NCBI GenBank assembly: GCA_963726195.1
Contig: CAVSBO010000003.1
Span: 512,001 to 576,000 of the forward strand
Direction of reading: 5' to 3'
From: Candidatus Thorarchaeota archaeon
GTDB taxonomy: Archaea > Asgardarchaeota > Thorarchaeia > Thorarchaeales > Thorarchaeaceae
Length of the DNA stretch: 64,000 bases
A model generated the notes under the pieces. It ran no database searches. It was not told where the DNA came from and saw only the letters and a program-made list of their open reading frames with translations. A program made the translations under genes and the position numbers. This document shows, one piece after another, positions 19,314 to 28,910 of this stretch (position 1 is the first letter of the stretch; every line of letters begins with the position of its first letter).

Positions 19314-20015
19314 TCAGAACCACTTACCAAGATGACTCTTTTGCTGCAGGACTGAATACCTGCATTCTCCTGACTTCCCGAAGGCGCATGCAGCACACTT
19401 CCGAGGGTTTGGAGATGCATGAGGCTTTTGTCCAGCATACCAGAAGGAATCCAACCTGTGGAGCACATCCAACACCCGGGCAGGTTTGTATCTTCTCGGA
19501 AATGTACGGCCCTTGGAGCATACTATGCATCGAGATGGAAGGGACCTGTTTGCACATAACGAGGCATCTGCCTGTTTACAGTATATTACAAGAAGGATTG
19601 TGCATCCGCAATCGACACCTCGGCTCGCGAAAGCCAGTGAGTATAACCCTGCCTGAAAGAAGTCCTCCGGTCTTCCATTCGTAGGCAGATGACGGGTAGG
19701 AAACTTTCTTTCAATCATCATCGTAAGCATAGGAGTCTCACCGAAGCGAAGAATGGCTTGGTCGAATCTTCCTCTAAACCCGTGTTCGGGACAGGATACC
19801 ATTTGCTCCTTGAATATGTAGCAACGATCCGAACTGACGTTTCTAGTTCTGCCATCAAGGAAGTCGTCAATATTCCCTTGTCCCGCAACGCATTCGCTCA
19901 GAATCCGCGCGCTTGATCTCGGCAATTTGCTTATTCGAAACATGGTTAGTATGATGGCCCCTCCAACAACCGCCAGCCCAAATACCTGAGGGGCAAACGA
20001 GTCCATCATCATCAC
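19314..20015 (-). CDS. Cas4/AddB-like PD-(D/E)XK nuclease, C-terminal part, with an N-terminal TM helix
   Basis: GRFD, IERK, QAGLY motifs and C-terminal KCAACAF..EC cysteine cluster. Confidence 0.7.
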   Translation of the reverse strand: MMMMDSFAPQVFGLAVVGGAIILTMFRISKLPRSSARILSECVAGQGNIDDFLDGRTRNVSSDRCYIFKEQMVSCPEHGFRGRFDQAILRFGETPMLTMMIERKFPTRHLPTNGRPEDFFQAGLYSLAFASRGVDCGCTILLVIYCKQADASLCANRSLPSRCIVCSKGRTFPRRYKPARVLDVLHRLDSFWYAGQKPHASPNPRKCAACAFGKSGECRYSVLQQKSHLGKWF

Positions 20016-20269
20016 CCCCAGATGGAGACAATCAAAGTAACGAGAGCGAATGCGACGAGCAGAGCGATGATACCGAGACGGCGTTTGGCACTGGGCCTAG
20101 GCATCGTGTCTCCGGTCTCGTGTAGCCAAGACCCTACTGAAGCGGCCCTAGTCTGAATCGTATCACGGCCCTGTTCCATATACAGACGATACTCACACTG
20201 AAACTGAGTTCTCAAATCCGTAACGTCTCGCCAAATGTGTTCAGGCTCGGAGGGAGGTGGCGAAGGCAG
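20012..20269 (-). CDS. Small protein carrying the Cas4-like N-terminal motif plus a TM helix
   Basis: DVTDLRTQFQCEYRLY..GSWLHE followed by LGIIALLVAFALVTLIVSIWG; the start codon is uncertain. Confidence 0.55.
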   Translation of the reverse strand: MPSPPPSEPEHIWRDVTDLRTQFQCEYRLYMEQGRDTIQTRAASVGSWLHETGDTMPRPSAKRRLGIIALLVAFALVTLIVSIWG

Positions 20270-20444
20270 TCAATCAACTCCTGCAGTCCCGTTCGGCGCG
20301 TACTCTGAAAAGGAGCACCATACTCAGCACATGGTTGAGGGACCAAGACGAGTCCAGTGGCGCTTTCTTTATATTGGACTTTCATAGTTGGTAGCTTTGC
20401 ACAAACACATCCGCTATGCCACAGGCATTAATATGGGTGATAAG

Positions 20445-20864
20445 ATGCCAAGCACTTACGAAGGAGCAACATCCGGCAGGGTTCTGGTTTTTGATGAGAG
20501 CGACAGTGTTCGGTTTCCCAAAGCGTTCAAGACAGCATTGGGCACTAGCAAGGGACTCATGGTCCTCGCACACAAGGACCGACTAATCCGAATCTACCCA
20601 ATAGAAACGGATGAAGTGAGCTTTCTCTCGCTGGAGATAGGGAAGCTGACAAATGACTTTCTCACGAAGCTGTCGCAGATTTTCAAGAAATCGGGACTTG
20701 TCGACCTGCTATATTCAACCGGTGTCTGCCTCCGTGGAACGAAGTGCTTCTACGAGTGCTATTTCTCACCAAAACAACTCTCAGTTGGGCTAGATGAGCT
20801 TCGAGGATCGCTCAAGAGCCTCGAAGGCGTCAAGAATGTCGTCATAGAGAAAGTGCCATCGTAA
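20445..20864 (+). CDS. Putative AbrB-like/ACT-domain regulator
   Basis: N-terminal VFDESDSVRFPKAF (AbrB-like) and C-terminal LKSLEGVKNVVI (ACT-like). Confidence 0.5.
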   Translation: MPSTYEGATSGRVLVFDESDSVRFPKAFKTALGTSKGLMVLAHKDRLIRIYPIETDEVSFLSLEIGKLTNDFLTKLSQIFKKSGLVDLLYSTGVCLRGTKCFYECYFSPKQLSVGLDELRGSLKSLEGVKNVVIEKVPS

Positions 20865-21085
20865 TCATTTCTCTCATCCGCAGGACTGCCCTTCACGTTC
20901 CTTTTTGACTGAGTGGATTAGTCTGTTGAAGGCGTGTCCGCTAGGCGAGCATCGTCTCTGCTCACTGCTCTGACAAACAGGTCGTCCTCAACAAGAGCTA
21001 TGGAGGCATAGACGAGAAGCCAGAGGAGAGTCACAATTCTTAAGTGACGGATGATTGGGACAGTCGCTAGCCTCTGGTGAACCAT

Positions 21086-21511
21086 ATGCCCGGAACTACC
21101 TTGACTGAGATTAAGTGCGACAAATGCCAGAAAGTCTTCGAAACTGAGGTCATAGAGCACATCGATCTCGCAGAAGATGGAAGCCTAGCGACGCAAGTCA
21201 AGTCGGGAAAGCTGAATCGAGCAGTCTGCCCCCAATGCAAGAAGGTCACGTACAGGGAACGCCCCGTGGTACTCAACTTCGAGCCAGAGAATCTCATTGT
21301 CCTCTTTGATACATCAGCAAAGACACCTCAAGTGAAAGAGACGCTGAGAAAGGAGTACGAGACTCTAATACATTACAACGAAATCTTCGAGGAAGTTGGG
21401 AAGGAAACCGAGTTCCGAGTCATCAGTGAGCTGAACGAGTTGAAGAAGCTCATCGACGATTACGTCAAGAGTCACTGGCTGTCAGAATCAGAGCCGCTTT
21501 TTCCCAAGTAG
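21086..21511 (+). CDS. CpXC-domain zinc-binding protein
   Basis: CDKCQKVFE..G.LN...CPQC pattern. Confidence 0.7.
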   Translation: MPGTTLTEIKCDKCQKVFETEVIEHIDLAEDGSLATQVKSGKLNRAVCPQCKKVTYRERPVVLNFEPENLIVLFDTSAKTPQVKETLRKEYETLIHYNEIFEEVGKETEFRVISELNELKKLIDDYVKSHWLSESEPLFPK

Positions 21512-22555
21512 GAACTCCTCGACCCAACGCTCTGCTTGGTACATCGTTGTGGGCACTGGCGGCTTCTTGAATCCGTATGCGGATATTGACTCAAGAGAAC
21601 CACCGATTCCCCTCGTCAACGCAAGCTTCGAACCTCGGATAGCGTCCATCAATACCTGTCCGGCGTTAGGCCCGTCGGTGACCTCCATGCGGATGTCTAT
21701 CGTGATGGGTGCTCCTCCGAACTGCTTACCAGTGATGTAGAAATACGACTCTCGGCCATTGTTCAGGAAATTGACGTAGTCTGATGACCCCGCGACCATT
21801 GGCGCTTCGTATGGAAGATCCTGACTTATGGCTGCAGTCTTTACTTCACGCTTTCTCATACGTCCACGATAGTGAGAATCAAGCGATTCTGCGCCTCCGC
21901 CTACGTCCAGCTGAAAGCTCTTGTCAACATGGACTCCTCGAGCAACTAGTAGTTGCAGTATGCTACGATGAAGAACCGTGGATCCTAGCTGGTCTTGGAT
22001 ATCATCTCCCACTAATGGAATCTTTCTCTCCTTGAACTTCTTGCCCCACTCGGGATCCGAGGCAATAGAGACTGGCGTGCCGTTGATAAAAGCGCATCCG
22101 GCTTCAAGGCAAGCGTTTGCATAGAAACTGGTGGCCTGCTGCGCCGACCCTGGCAACAGACTAATCGCAATTTCAGCACCGGAGTTCTTCAAGGCCTTCA
22201 CAACATCAACGTCCGGAGAAGGAGAAATCTTCACGAGAGTTTTGAGATTGTCGTCGACTCCATCAAGCAGAGGCCCTCTGAGAACCTTGACTCCGGTCTT
22301 CGGCACATCGGCGAAATGAATTACGTTGTTTGGTTCCGCGAATATCGCACTGGCAAGATCGACACCGACCTTCCGATCGGTGACATCGAATGCAGCAACG
22401 AACTTGATGTCCCTAACGTGATAGCCTGCAAAGTCAGGGTGGCTGATACCTATGAGATCTCCATCGCTCTTCGCGTCTTTGTAGAACTGAACCCCTTGAA
22501 CAAGCGCACTTGCGCAGTTTCCTATGCCGAAGAGAGCTACCTTGATTCCATCCAT
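21488..22555 (-). CDS. ino1: myo-inositol-1-phosphate synthase
   Basis: GIGNCASALVQG, FVAAFDV, GDDIQDQLG, DGPNAG..DAIR. Confidence 0.9.
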   Translation of the reverse strand: MDGIKVALFGIGNCASALVQGVQFYKDAKSDGDLIGISHPDFAGYHVRDIKFVAAFDVTDRKVGVDLASAIFAEPNNVIHFADVPKTGVKVLRGPLLDGVDDNLKTLVKISPSPDVDVVKALKNSGAEIAISLLPGSAQQATSFYANACLEAGCAFINGTPVSIASDPEWGKKFKERKIPLVGDDIQDQLGSTVLHRSILQLLVARGVHVDKSFQLDVGGGAESLDSHYRGRMRKREVKTAAISQDLPYEAPMVAGSSDYVNFLNNGRESYFYITGKQFGGAPITIDIRMEVTDGPNAGQVLMDAIRGSKLALTRGIGGSLESISAYGFKKPPVPTTMYQAERWVEEFLLGKKRL

Positions 22556-22682
22556 TAATCGTACCTCAGGTTCAGAGGATATTCTGCTTTTGGCTCAAGA
22601 CTGTCCTTTAAAGTTTTATGGATATAGAATAGTATTGTGCGGAATGGGCACCCAAGAGCAGCAAGCCAATTGGCAGGCTTCA

Positions 22683-23844
22683 TCAGAGGCTGTTTCCAAG
22701 CAGAACTGTAACGTCAGCAACATCGATGCTGCTCCCGCTGAGCTCCTTTCCTGCGCTGAGATTGTGCTCACAGAATGGGCAGGAGCTGGCGATGATTCGG
22801 GCCCCAGTGGCCTCCGCTGTTCTGATTCGGTCTGCTGCAATCCTCTTTGCCAACTCAGGGGCAAACGACTTGAGCCCACCACCTGCACCGCAACACATGG
22901 CTGCCTCTCGACTGGGGTCCATCTCGACCAGCTCCACGCCGGGTATCGACCGAAGGATGTCTCTAGGAGCATCATAGACTCCGAGTTCACGCCCCATATG
23001 ACACGGATCGTGATAGGTGATTCTCATTCCTTGCGCCCGACCCTTTGGTCTGAGGCGACCATCCTTGATGAGCTGTTGTGCGAACTCCGTTATGTGAAGG
23101 ACAGGCGGCAATTCGATTCCAAACCTGTCGGGATAATCTTTCCTCAATGCCCTCAAACAGCCCGCACAAGACACAACGATTCTTTCCGCTCCGGTGTCGG
23201 CGATGCTTTGAGAACACGCTTTGCGCATTTTCCTCTGCCTCCTTTGTTCGTCCCGTTCTAAGCATCACAGACCCACAACATGGTTCATTCTCCATGACCG
23301 CGAAGTCAACTCTTGCGGCCTTCAGTACTTGAGCCGTCGACTTGGCAACATCAGGAAGCCTTAGTCCGGTAGTGCAGCCGACGTAATAGAGAGTCTCACC
23401 ACGAGTTGGCACCTTGAAACCCAGCTGACGGACCCAGCTCCTCTTTGCAGAGGCGTTTTCGGAGTAGGGATTTCCAGTCCGTGCAATAGCTTGCGCGAGT
23501 GAATCGCGGGTGTCATTGGGGATATCCACGAGTGTCGATCTCACTTTCTCGAGGCAATCTTTCGCATTGAATTCTGCGGCGCATATCTGAGCACAATTCC
23601 CACAAAGCGTGCAGGTGTAGAGAGACTCCGCATTCTCTGCAGTTCTCTCGAGCTCGCCATCAAGAAGAGCAAGAGCGATTTGGACCTTGCCTCTCATGAA
23701 GCTGGTCTCAAAACCGGTCGAAGCCTTCCAAACTGGACAGACACCGTTGAAGCCTTCATCTTCGTATACGGCGTTGCGGCATATACCACATCTGCGGCAT
23801 TGCAGAAGATTCTCTCTCAGTTCTTCAAGGTCGATTTCGGTCAT
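22683..23844 (-). CDS. GlcF/HdrD-like Fe-S protein with CCG domains (frameshift near 23215)
   Basis: CRRCGIC and CTLCGNC..C ferredoxin motifs; PCCGS, YHDPCH, CCGAGGG, SCPFC. Confidence 0.88.
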
Positions 23845-23845
23845 G

Positions 23846-25252
23846 TCATATCCCTGCCATCACACCCGGATTCATGATTCCATTCGGGTCGAGTAGCTTC
23901 TTCACAGATTTGACGAACTCAACGTATCGTTCAATATCTGTGACACCGTCTACCCAGTACGGTGCGAGCTTGAAAGGAACTGCACCTGTTGCGTACAAAC
24001 GAGGCGCGAGCTCCGCATGTGCCTTTCTCACCTTTTGTTCTTCTTCCTTGTCGGCAGGATCGTAGAATATCATCGGATACAGATTGTAGGATGCGTGGTC
24101 TGTCAGAAAGCCCGCGGTATGACCGAGCAGTCCGTATTTGTCCATGACCTTCCATATTTCCTCGATTGACTTGTGCCAGTTTGTGATAGTCTCGTGATGG
24201 TACAGTATTCTCCAGTGCCAACCATGGGCATAGGAGGATCTGGCAAAAACCCACATCCGGTCTGTCCATTCTCCTCGGGGAAGTTCTCTTATGCCGATGA
24301 CCTCACCCGTGAGCTCTGAACAGATACGTTTCGCTTCCTCAGCGTCACTATTGAGCTGGTCCTCTCTAGTCCTTCCAATGGTTAGCGAGACTGTGTAGGG
24401 GGGCCATTCGTATTTTGGAATGCCATATTCTTCCCCAAGCATGTCCATGAAGAAGTTCAGAATCCTGCCTTCGTAGAGTGTGGCGAACAGCGAGTTGACA
24501 TCATTGTTCCTCAGTTCCAGCAGGAATTTCTCCGCATTGGAGGAATCGTCGAAACCATAGGTGTTGTAATCGAAATAATGCATGCGTTTGAAAGCCTTCA
24601 GCGAAACCTTGGTAATGATTCCGAAGCTTCCCAGGGAGCCGATGAACAAGCCAGTGATATCGGGGCCGAATGCGTACCTGATGAAAGGACCAGGAGCATT
24701 CGGGTTCGCCTCGGAACCAGTCTGAATGATTTCTCCATTCGGAAGAACAACTTCCAATCCAAGCACCATTTCTGCGATAGGACCGTACGTGCTCGAACCA
24801 GGTCCTGCTCCATTAACGGCAACATTGCCAGCCACTGTGCAGACTAGTGAAGACTCAGGATAGATTGGGACCCACAGATCATGAGTGCTCAGGAACTTGT
24901 CAAGCATCCCGTAGGTTACTCCGGCACCCACAGTGACAGACCGAAGGTTCTCGTACAGAGTTATCTGATCAAGCCGCATGAGTTCAACAACGAGACTGTC
25001 GGGCTTTGGAATGACCTCCCCTTGGAGACTTGAACCGCCGCCTCTGGGCACAATCGTGATTGCTTGGTCATTGGCCAGCTTCAGAATCTGAGAGACCTCT
25101 TCGGCATTCGCGGGCCGAACGACTGCGCCAGGCAATACCGCATCATAACCTGTGGAGGCAGATGCCGAGTACGCAAGCAGAACATCTTTGCGAGTCGAGG
25201 CATATTCATTGCCGACTATATCACCCAGTTGCCTGACAATCTTCTGGTCCAA
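23846..25252 (-). CDS. GlcD-like (VAO-fold) FAD-linked oxidoreductase
   Basis: VPRGGGSSLQG, GLEVVLPNGE, GPDITGLFIGS.G, LDPNGIMNPG. Confidence 0.9.
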   Translation of the reverse strand: MDQKIVRQLGDIVGNEYASTRKDVLLAYSASASTGYDAVLPGAVVRPANAEEVSQILKLANDQAITIVPRGGGSSLQGEVIPKPDSLVVELMRLDQITLYENLRSVTVGAGVTYGMLDKFLSTHDLWVPIYPESSLVCTVAGNVAVNGAGPGSSTYGPIAEMVLGLEVVLPNGEIIQTGSEANPNAPGPFIRYAFGPDITGLFIGSLGSFGIITKVSLKAFKRMHYFDYNTYGFDDSSNAEKFLLELRNNDVNSLFATLYEGRILNFFMDMLGEEYGIPKYEWPPYTVSLTIGRTREDQLNSDAEEAKRICSELTGEVIGIRELPRGEWTDRMWVFARSSYAHGWHWRILYHHETITNWHKSIEEIWKVMDKYGLLGHTAGFLTDHASYNLYPMIFYDPADKEEEQKVRKAHAELAPRLYATGAVPFKLAPYWVDGVTDIERYVEFVKSVKKLLDPNGIMNPGVMAGI

Positions 25253-25278
25253 CTATCAGACCTCCGCAAGGATACGTT

Positions 25279-25605
25279 TTAGAAGATATGCCGAATCTTC
25301 ATCAGGTCGCTGGCCGAGCCTTTCACTTTCAGCTTACGAGTTAGTATGGCTGAAGCCGCACCCATTTCCTCCATGAAGAGCTTGCGTATCGTGTCCGCGT
25401 CACTCTCAATTCTCATGTCGGGATTGTCGATGGGACCGTCGTGCACCGTTATGTTGTTGTCCTTCACAATGAAGTTGTACTGCCTGCCATCTTTCAGAGT
25501 GAGCATGGCTGTTCTCTGCCAGCCTTCAATGGCTTCCTTCGTTTTCTCGCGCTCTAGTCCAACGACTATTCGCTGTCTCATTACTTCCAGCAAGTCATCA
25601 GCCAT
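25279..25605 (-). CDS. SCP2 sterol/lipid-carrier domain protein
   Basis: PDMRIESD...AILTRKLKVKGS..DLMK SCP2 signature. Confidence 0.85.
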   Translation of the reverse strand: MADDLLEVMRQRIVVGLEREKTKEAIEGWQRTAMLTLKDGRQYNFIVKDNNITVHDGPIDNPDMRIESDADTIRKLFMEEMGAASAILTRKLKVKGSASDLMKIRHIF

Positions 25606-25637
25606 TTGTTAGTTCTCTCCAGTGATAAGAAGCGCTG

Positions 25638-25810
25638 TTAGCCCGTTTTAGTTGTTTCCGTTGTCCGAAACTTGTCCATTCAGGACATCGTCCAGAACGG
25701 CGTTCGGTTCCTGTTTCATCGCGGAGCATGTGCCTCTCGCAGAGGCATGAGTCTCTCCGCTCTTGCAGGCGTTTTGAGTCTCCACCCAACTGGCGGCGAC
25801 TGAACGTAAA
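25638..25810 (-). ncRNA. Predicted TnpB omega/reRNA scaffold plus guide
   Basis: Overlaps the tnpB 3' end; hairpins such as TGCCTCT-GCG-AGAGGCA; the ~20 nt beyond the element end would form the guide. Confidence 0.55.
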
Positions 25811-26865
25811 TTCATGGCGGCGTTCAGGTCCCGGTCTGCTTCGAAGCCGCAAACCGCGCACTTGTACGTTCTCACAGAGAGCGGTATCTCATACTTGACG
25901 GCTCCACAGTTGGAGCATCGTTTCGTGGAAGGATAGAATGGGTCCGCCTCCACGACCGTTCCTCCGTTCCAGTTTGTCTTGTATTCCAGCTGGCGGAGGA
26001 ACTCTGCTATGCCTGCGTCCGCGAGATGCTTTGCTAGGTGGTGGTTCTTCAGTAGACCGGCTACGTTCAGGCTCTCCACACCGATGACTGACTTGGTTCT
26101 CGCCAGCACCGTTGTGGTCTTGTGCTGGGCATCCCTGCGGATGTTAGCAATTCTGAGTTCAAACCGGGCCAACCGAATTACAGTCTTGGCACGATTGCTG
26201 CTTCTCTTCTTCTTCCTTGCAAGAGACCTTTGAATTCGCTTCTTCTTTCGCTCCAAACGTGAAAGAGGCCTTGGATTTGCGATAACAGTTCCGTCGCTGA
26301 CTGTGGCGAGCTTCGAGATACCGACATCAATGCCGACCACGGGACCAGTGTTGTTCGGCACCTCGATTTCCTCTTCTACACAAAGACTCACAAACCACTT
26401 CCCGGCCCTTTCTGACACAGTCACCGACAGAACGTGAACTCCCTTGGACGGCAGGTAGCCCTTTTCCTTCAGCCGAACAGCGCCGACTCGGGGTAACTGT
26501 ACCGAATCATGGAATACCCTGATGGTTCCATTAAGCCTGAAACTGCCTACACCGAGTCTTCTGCGCTTGAACTTCGGGTATCCCGCCCGTCCCTCGAAGA
26601 AGCTCTTGAATGCTCTATCGAGGTCTCGGAGTGCTTCCTGCGGCGCGCACTTGGAGACCTCGTACATCCATGGGAACTCCGTTTTCTTCAAGGCATTCAG
26701 TTGCTTGTGCAACCCGATGGCATTCGACGATGTTCCTGTCTTCTCGTACGCCTCCTTCCGTCGAGCAAGCCCCCAATTGTATGCAAACCTCGCTGTGCCA
26801 CAGTGTTTGAGCAGTGTCGTGCCCTGGACGTTGTCAGGGTCCAGCTCTGTCTTGTAGGCTTTCAT
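25648..26865 (-). CDS. tnpB: RNA-guided endonuclease TnpB
   Basis: HTH start MKAYKTELDP..ARFAYNWGL, RuvC GIDVG / VESL / DRDLNAA, zinc finger CSNC..CAVC. Confidence 0.95.
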   Translation of the reverse strand: MKAYKTELDPDNVQGTTLLKHCGTARFAYNWGLARRKEAYEKTGTSSNAIGLHKQLNALKKTEFPWMYEVSKCAPQEALRDLDRAFKSFFEGRAGYPKFKRRRLGVGSFRLNGTIRVFHDSVQLPRVGAVRLKEKGYLPSKGVHVLSVTVSERAGKWFVSLCVEEEIEVPNNTGPVVGIDVGISKLATVSDGTVIANPRPLSRLERKKKRIQRSLARKKKRSSNRAKTVIRLARFELRIANIRRDAQHKTTTVLARTKSVIGVESLNVAGLLKNHHLAKHLADAGIAEFLRQLEYKTNWNGGTVVEADPFYPSTKRCSNCGAVKYEIPLSVRTYKCAVCGFEADRDLNAAMNLRSVAASWVETQNACKSGETHASARGTCSAMKQEPNAVLDDVLNGQVSDNGNN

Positions 26866-26960
26866 GACCTTCGTCTTCTTGCGACCTCCGTCGCCGCTCA
26901 GAGCAGTTAGAAGCCTGTCCATATGTGATCTCAATTGGATATTAAACCCGCCAAGGGTTT
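25658..26960 (-). mobile_element. Non-autonomous IS607/IS200-IS605-type element carrying only tnpB (left end approximate)
   Basis: No tnpA nearby. The right end reads ...GTTTCGGACAACGG (IS607-like) at 25658. Confidence 0.65.
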
Positions 26961-27056
26961 GAGTCCCTCCGACACGAACGGGTTTTCGATGGTCACGCAA
27001 CCCGCCCTACACGGGCAGCAATGCGAGTGTTTGCACTTGAAATACAAACACCCTAA

Positions 27057-27106
27057 GAAAAAACAGAGAGGGGTCGGGCGATGACTCACGTGAAGCCAAC
27101 CCGACC
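27057..27106 (-). terminator. Hairpin plus oligo(T) terminator after eda
   Basis: GGTCGGG...CCCGACC stem followed by CTCTCTGTTTTTT on the minus strand. Confidence 0.55.
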
Positions 27107-27158
27107 GAGTCTACCAATCTTCTTGTTGGAAGTATGTGAGCGGTGTTTCTGACACTGC

Positions 27159-27812
27159 TCACTTCTTTCTGTATTTCCGGACTATTTCCAAGAACTTCTT
27201 GACGTTCTCGGTGATGATGTCATAGCGACCGTCCTTGATGGCCTTGGCATCTGCTATTGCACTGCCTACACCGAGAGCGAATGCTCCCGCTTCAAGCATC
27301 GGTCCGGCAGTCTGCAAATCGACGCCGCCCGTTGGAATCAACGGTATATGCGGCAGCGGCGCTCGGACAGCCTTGATGTAGGCAGCCCCACCGACTTCGC
27401 CGCACGGGAACACCTTCACTGCATCAGCTCCCCAAGTGTAGGCTTGGAGTATCTCAGTTGGGGTGAGTGCCCCCGGGAAGCAAGGCTTAGAATACCGTCT
27501 AGCCATCTCTATGAGCTCTTTGGAATATGACGGAGCCACAATGAACTCGCTGCCAGCAAGTATGGCCCTTCGAGCTGTTTCTGGGTCCAGCACTGTTCCT
27601 GTGCCGACAAGCACCTTGTCGCCCACTTTGTCTGTCAGCTTCTGTACGACATCAGTAGCGCCTGGCACACTGAAAGTTACCTCAATGATGTTGACGCCAC
27701 CATTAAGGAACGCATCTGCAACCTTCATCGCAACATCAGCAGAGTCCACTCTGATGATAGGGATGAGTGCGGTGTCACGAACGAGCTTCATAGCATCTTG
27801 TTTGTCCCACAT
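27159..27812 (-). CDS. eda: KDPG/KHG aldolase
   Basis: IIEVT, GTGTVL, FIVAP, PGALTPTE, VKVFP, PTGGV. Confidence 0.93.
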   Translation of the reverse strand: MWDKQDAMKLVRDTALIPIIRVDSADVAMKVADAFLNGGVNIIEVTFSVPGATDVVQKLTDKVGDKVLVGTGTVLDPETARRAILAGSEFIVAPSYSKELIEMARRYSKPCFPGALTPTEILQAYTWGADAVKVFPCGEVGGAAYIKAVRAPLPHIPLIPTGGVDLQTAGPMLEAGAFALGVGSAIADAKAIKDGRYDIITENVKKFLEIVRKYRKK

Positions 27813-27823
27813 GTTGTTATCGC

Positions 27824-28818
27824 CTACCTCTGAATGCGAAGTCCTTTGCCGCCCTTTACGAGCGCCTCGACTTCGGATTTGTAGATATACGCAAGGTCAC
27901 CGGGCACTGAGTGCTTCAACGCAGACAGAGCAGCACCATAGTCGACTGCCTGTTGAATGTCCTTCAGCTCAAGGTAGCCGTAGATGAAACCTGCACTGCA
28001 TGAATCGCCTGCTCCAAGCCTGTCGACTATCTCAACGTCGTATTCGGCGCTCGGATAAATCTTACCTTTCGAGTAAGCAAAGACTGACCACTTATTCAGC
28101 CAGACCAGTGGAGTCTTGCGGAGGGTTATGAGAACGACTTCGAAACCAAACTTGTCTGCAAGCTTCTTTGCTACCTCCTGATAGTCTTTGCCTTCTATGC
28201 CATAGACAACCTTCGTGTCTTCTTCAGTCGTGATTAGGATGTCAATGTTCTTAGACGCTGGCTCAGTGAACGCTCGAGCCTGCTCTGGAGTCCAAAGCTT
28301 GCTTCTGTAGTTGACATCATAGGAGACCTTGCAGCCCTGTTCTTTTGCTGTCCTCATAAGCTTCTTCCGTCGCTTTTGCACACGAAGGACTGATTGCGGG
28401 AGTTATTCCGCTGGTATGGAAGAGCCTCGTGCCCTTGAGAATCTCTGCCCAACGAACCTCTCCGGGCTTGATCTTGCTTATGGCAGACTGCTCCCTGTCA
28501 TATATCACTCGCTGAGCCCTTGGTGCCGAGCCGAATTCTACAAAGTAAGTTCCGCAGCGGCTGTTTGCGTCCCACAGAATATAGGACGTATCGACGCCCT
28601 GTTCCCTTGCTTTGTTGCGAATGAAATGACCAATGGAGTTGTCTCCAAGCTTCGTCACATACGCGGTTTTCAGGCCCATTCTCGCACAGGCAACCGCGAC
28701 ATTCATCTCCGCGCCGCCCGCATTCGTATTGAAGTCTATTTGCCTGCTCAATGCGCATGAAGTTGGGAGGGGAGAGTCTTAACATCACCTCTCCGAAGGT
28801 GACAACATCGTATCCCAT
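27824..28818 (-). CDS. kdgK: 2-keto-3-deoxygluconate kinase, PfkB family (two frameshifts near 28737 and 28362)
   Basis: TFGEVMLRLS, GGAEMNVA, SGITPA, DVNYRSKLW, DRLGAGDS spread over three overlapping frames. Confidence 0.88.
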
Positions 28819-28910
28819 TGAATCACACTCGGATGAGTTGTTTAACTGAGTGAGATACGCTCTAGGCCGATGTTAAACTTGTCGAAGTGTTGCTTTCATC
28901 TGCAACTGTT

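Noticed and set aside
19314-20269. CRISPR-Cas locus
   Set aside because: No cas1/cas2, effector genes or repeat-spacer array are visible anywhere in the window.
22524-23261. Long antisense ORFs (for example 22524-23261, 10472-11041, 49370-50020, 32486-32995)
   Set aside because: They are shadows of well-supported genes on the opposite strand and carry no motifs.
25648-26865. Cas12/Fanzor or a nuclease-dead TnpB-derived regulator
   Set aside because: The size (~405 aa), intact D-E-D triad and IS-like right end fit an ordinary transposon TnpB, and no array is adjacent.
27824-28818. Programmed frameshifting or pseudogenisation of kdgK and the other broken genes
   Set aside because: There is no shared slippery motif, no accompanying decay, and the same +1 pattern occurs in an essential gene.
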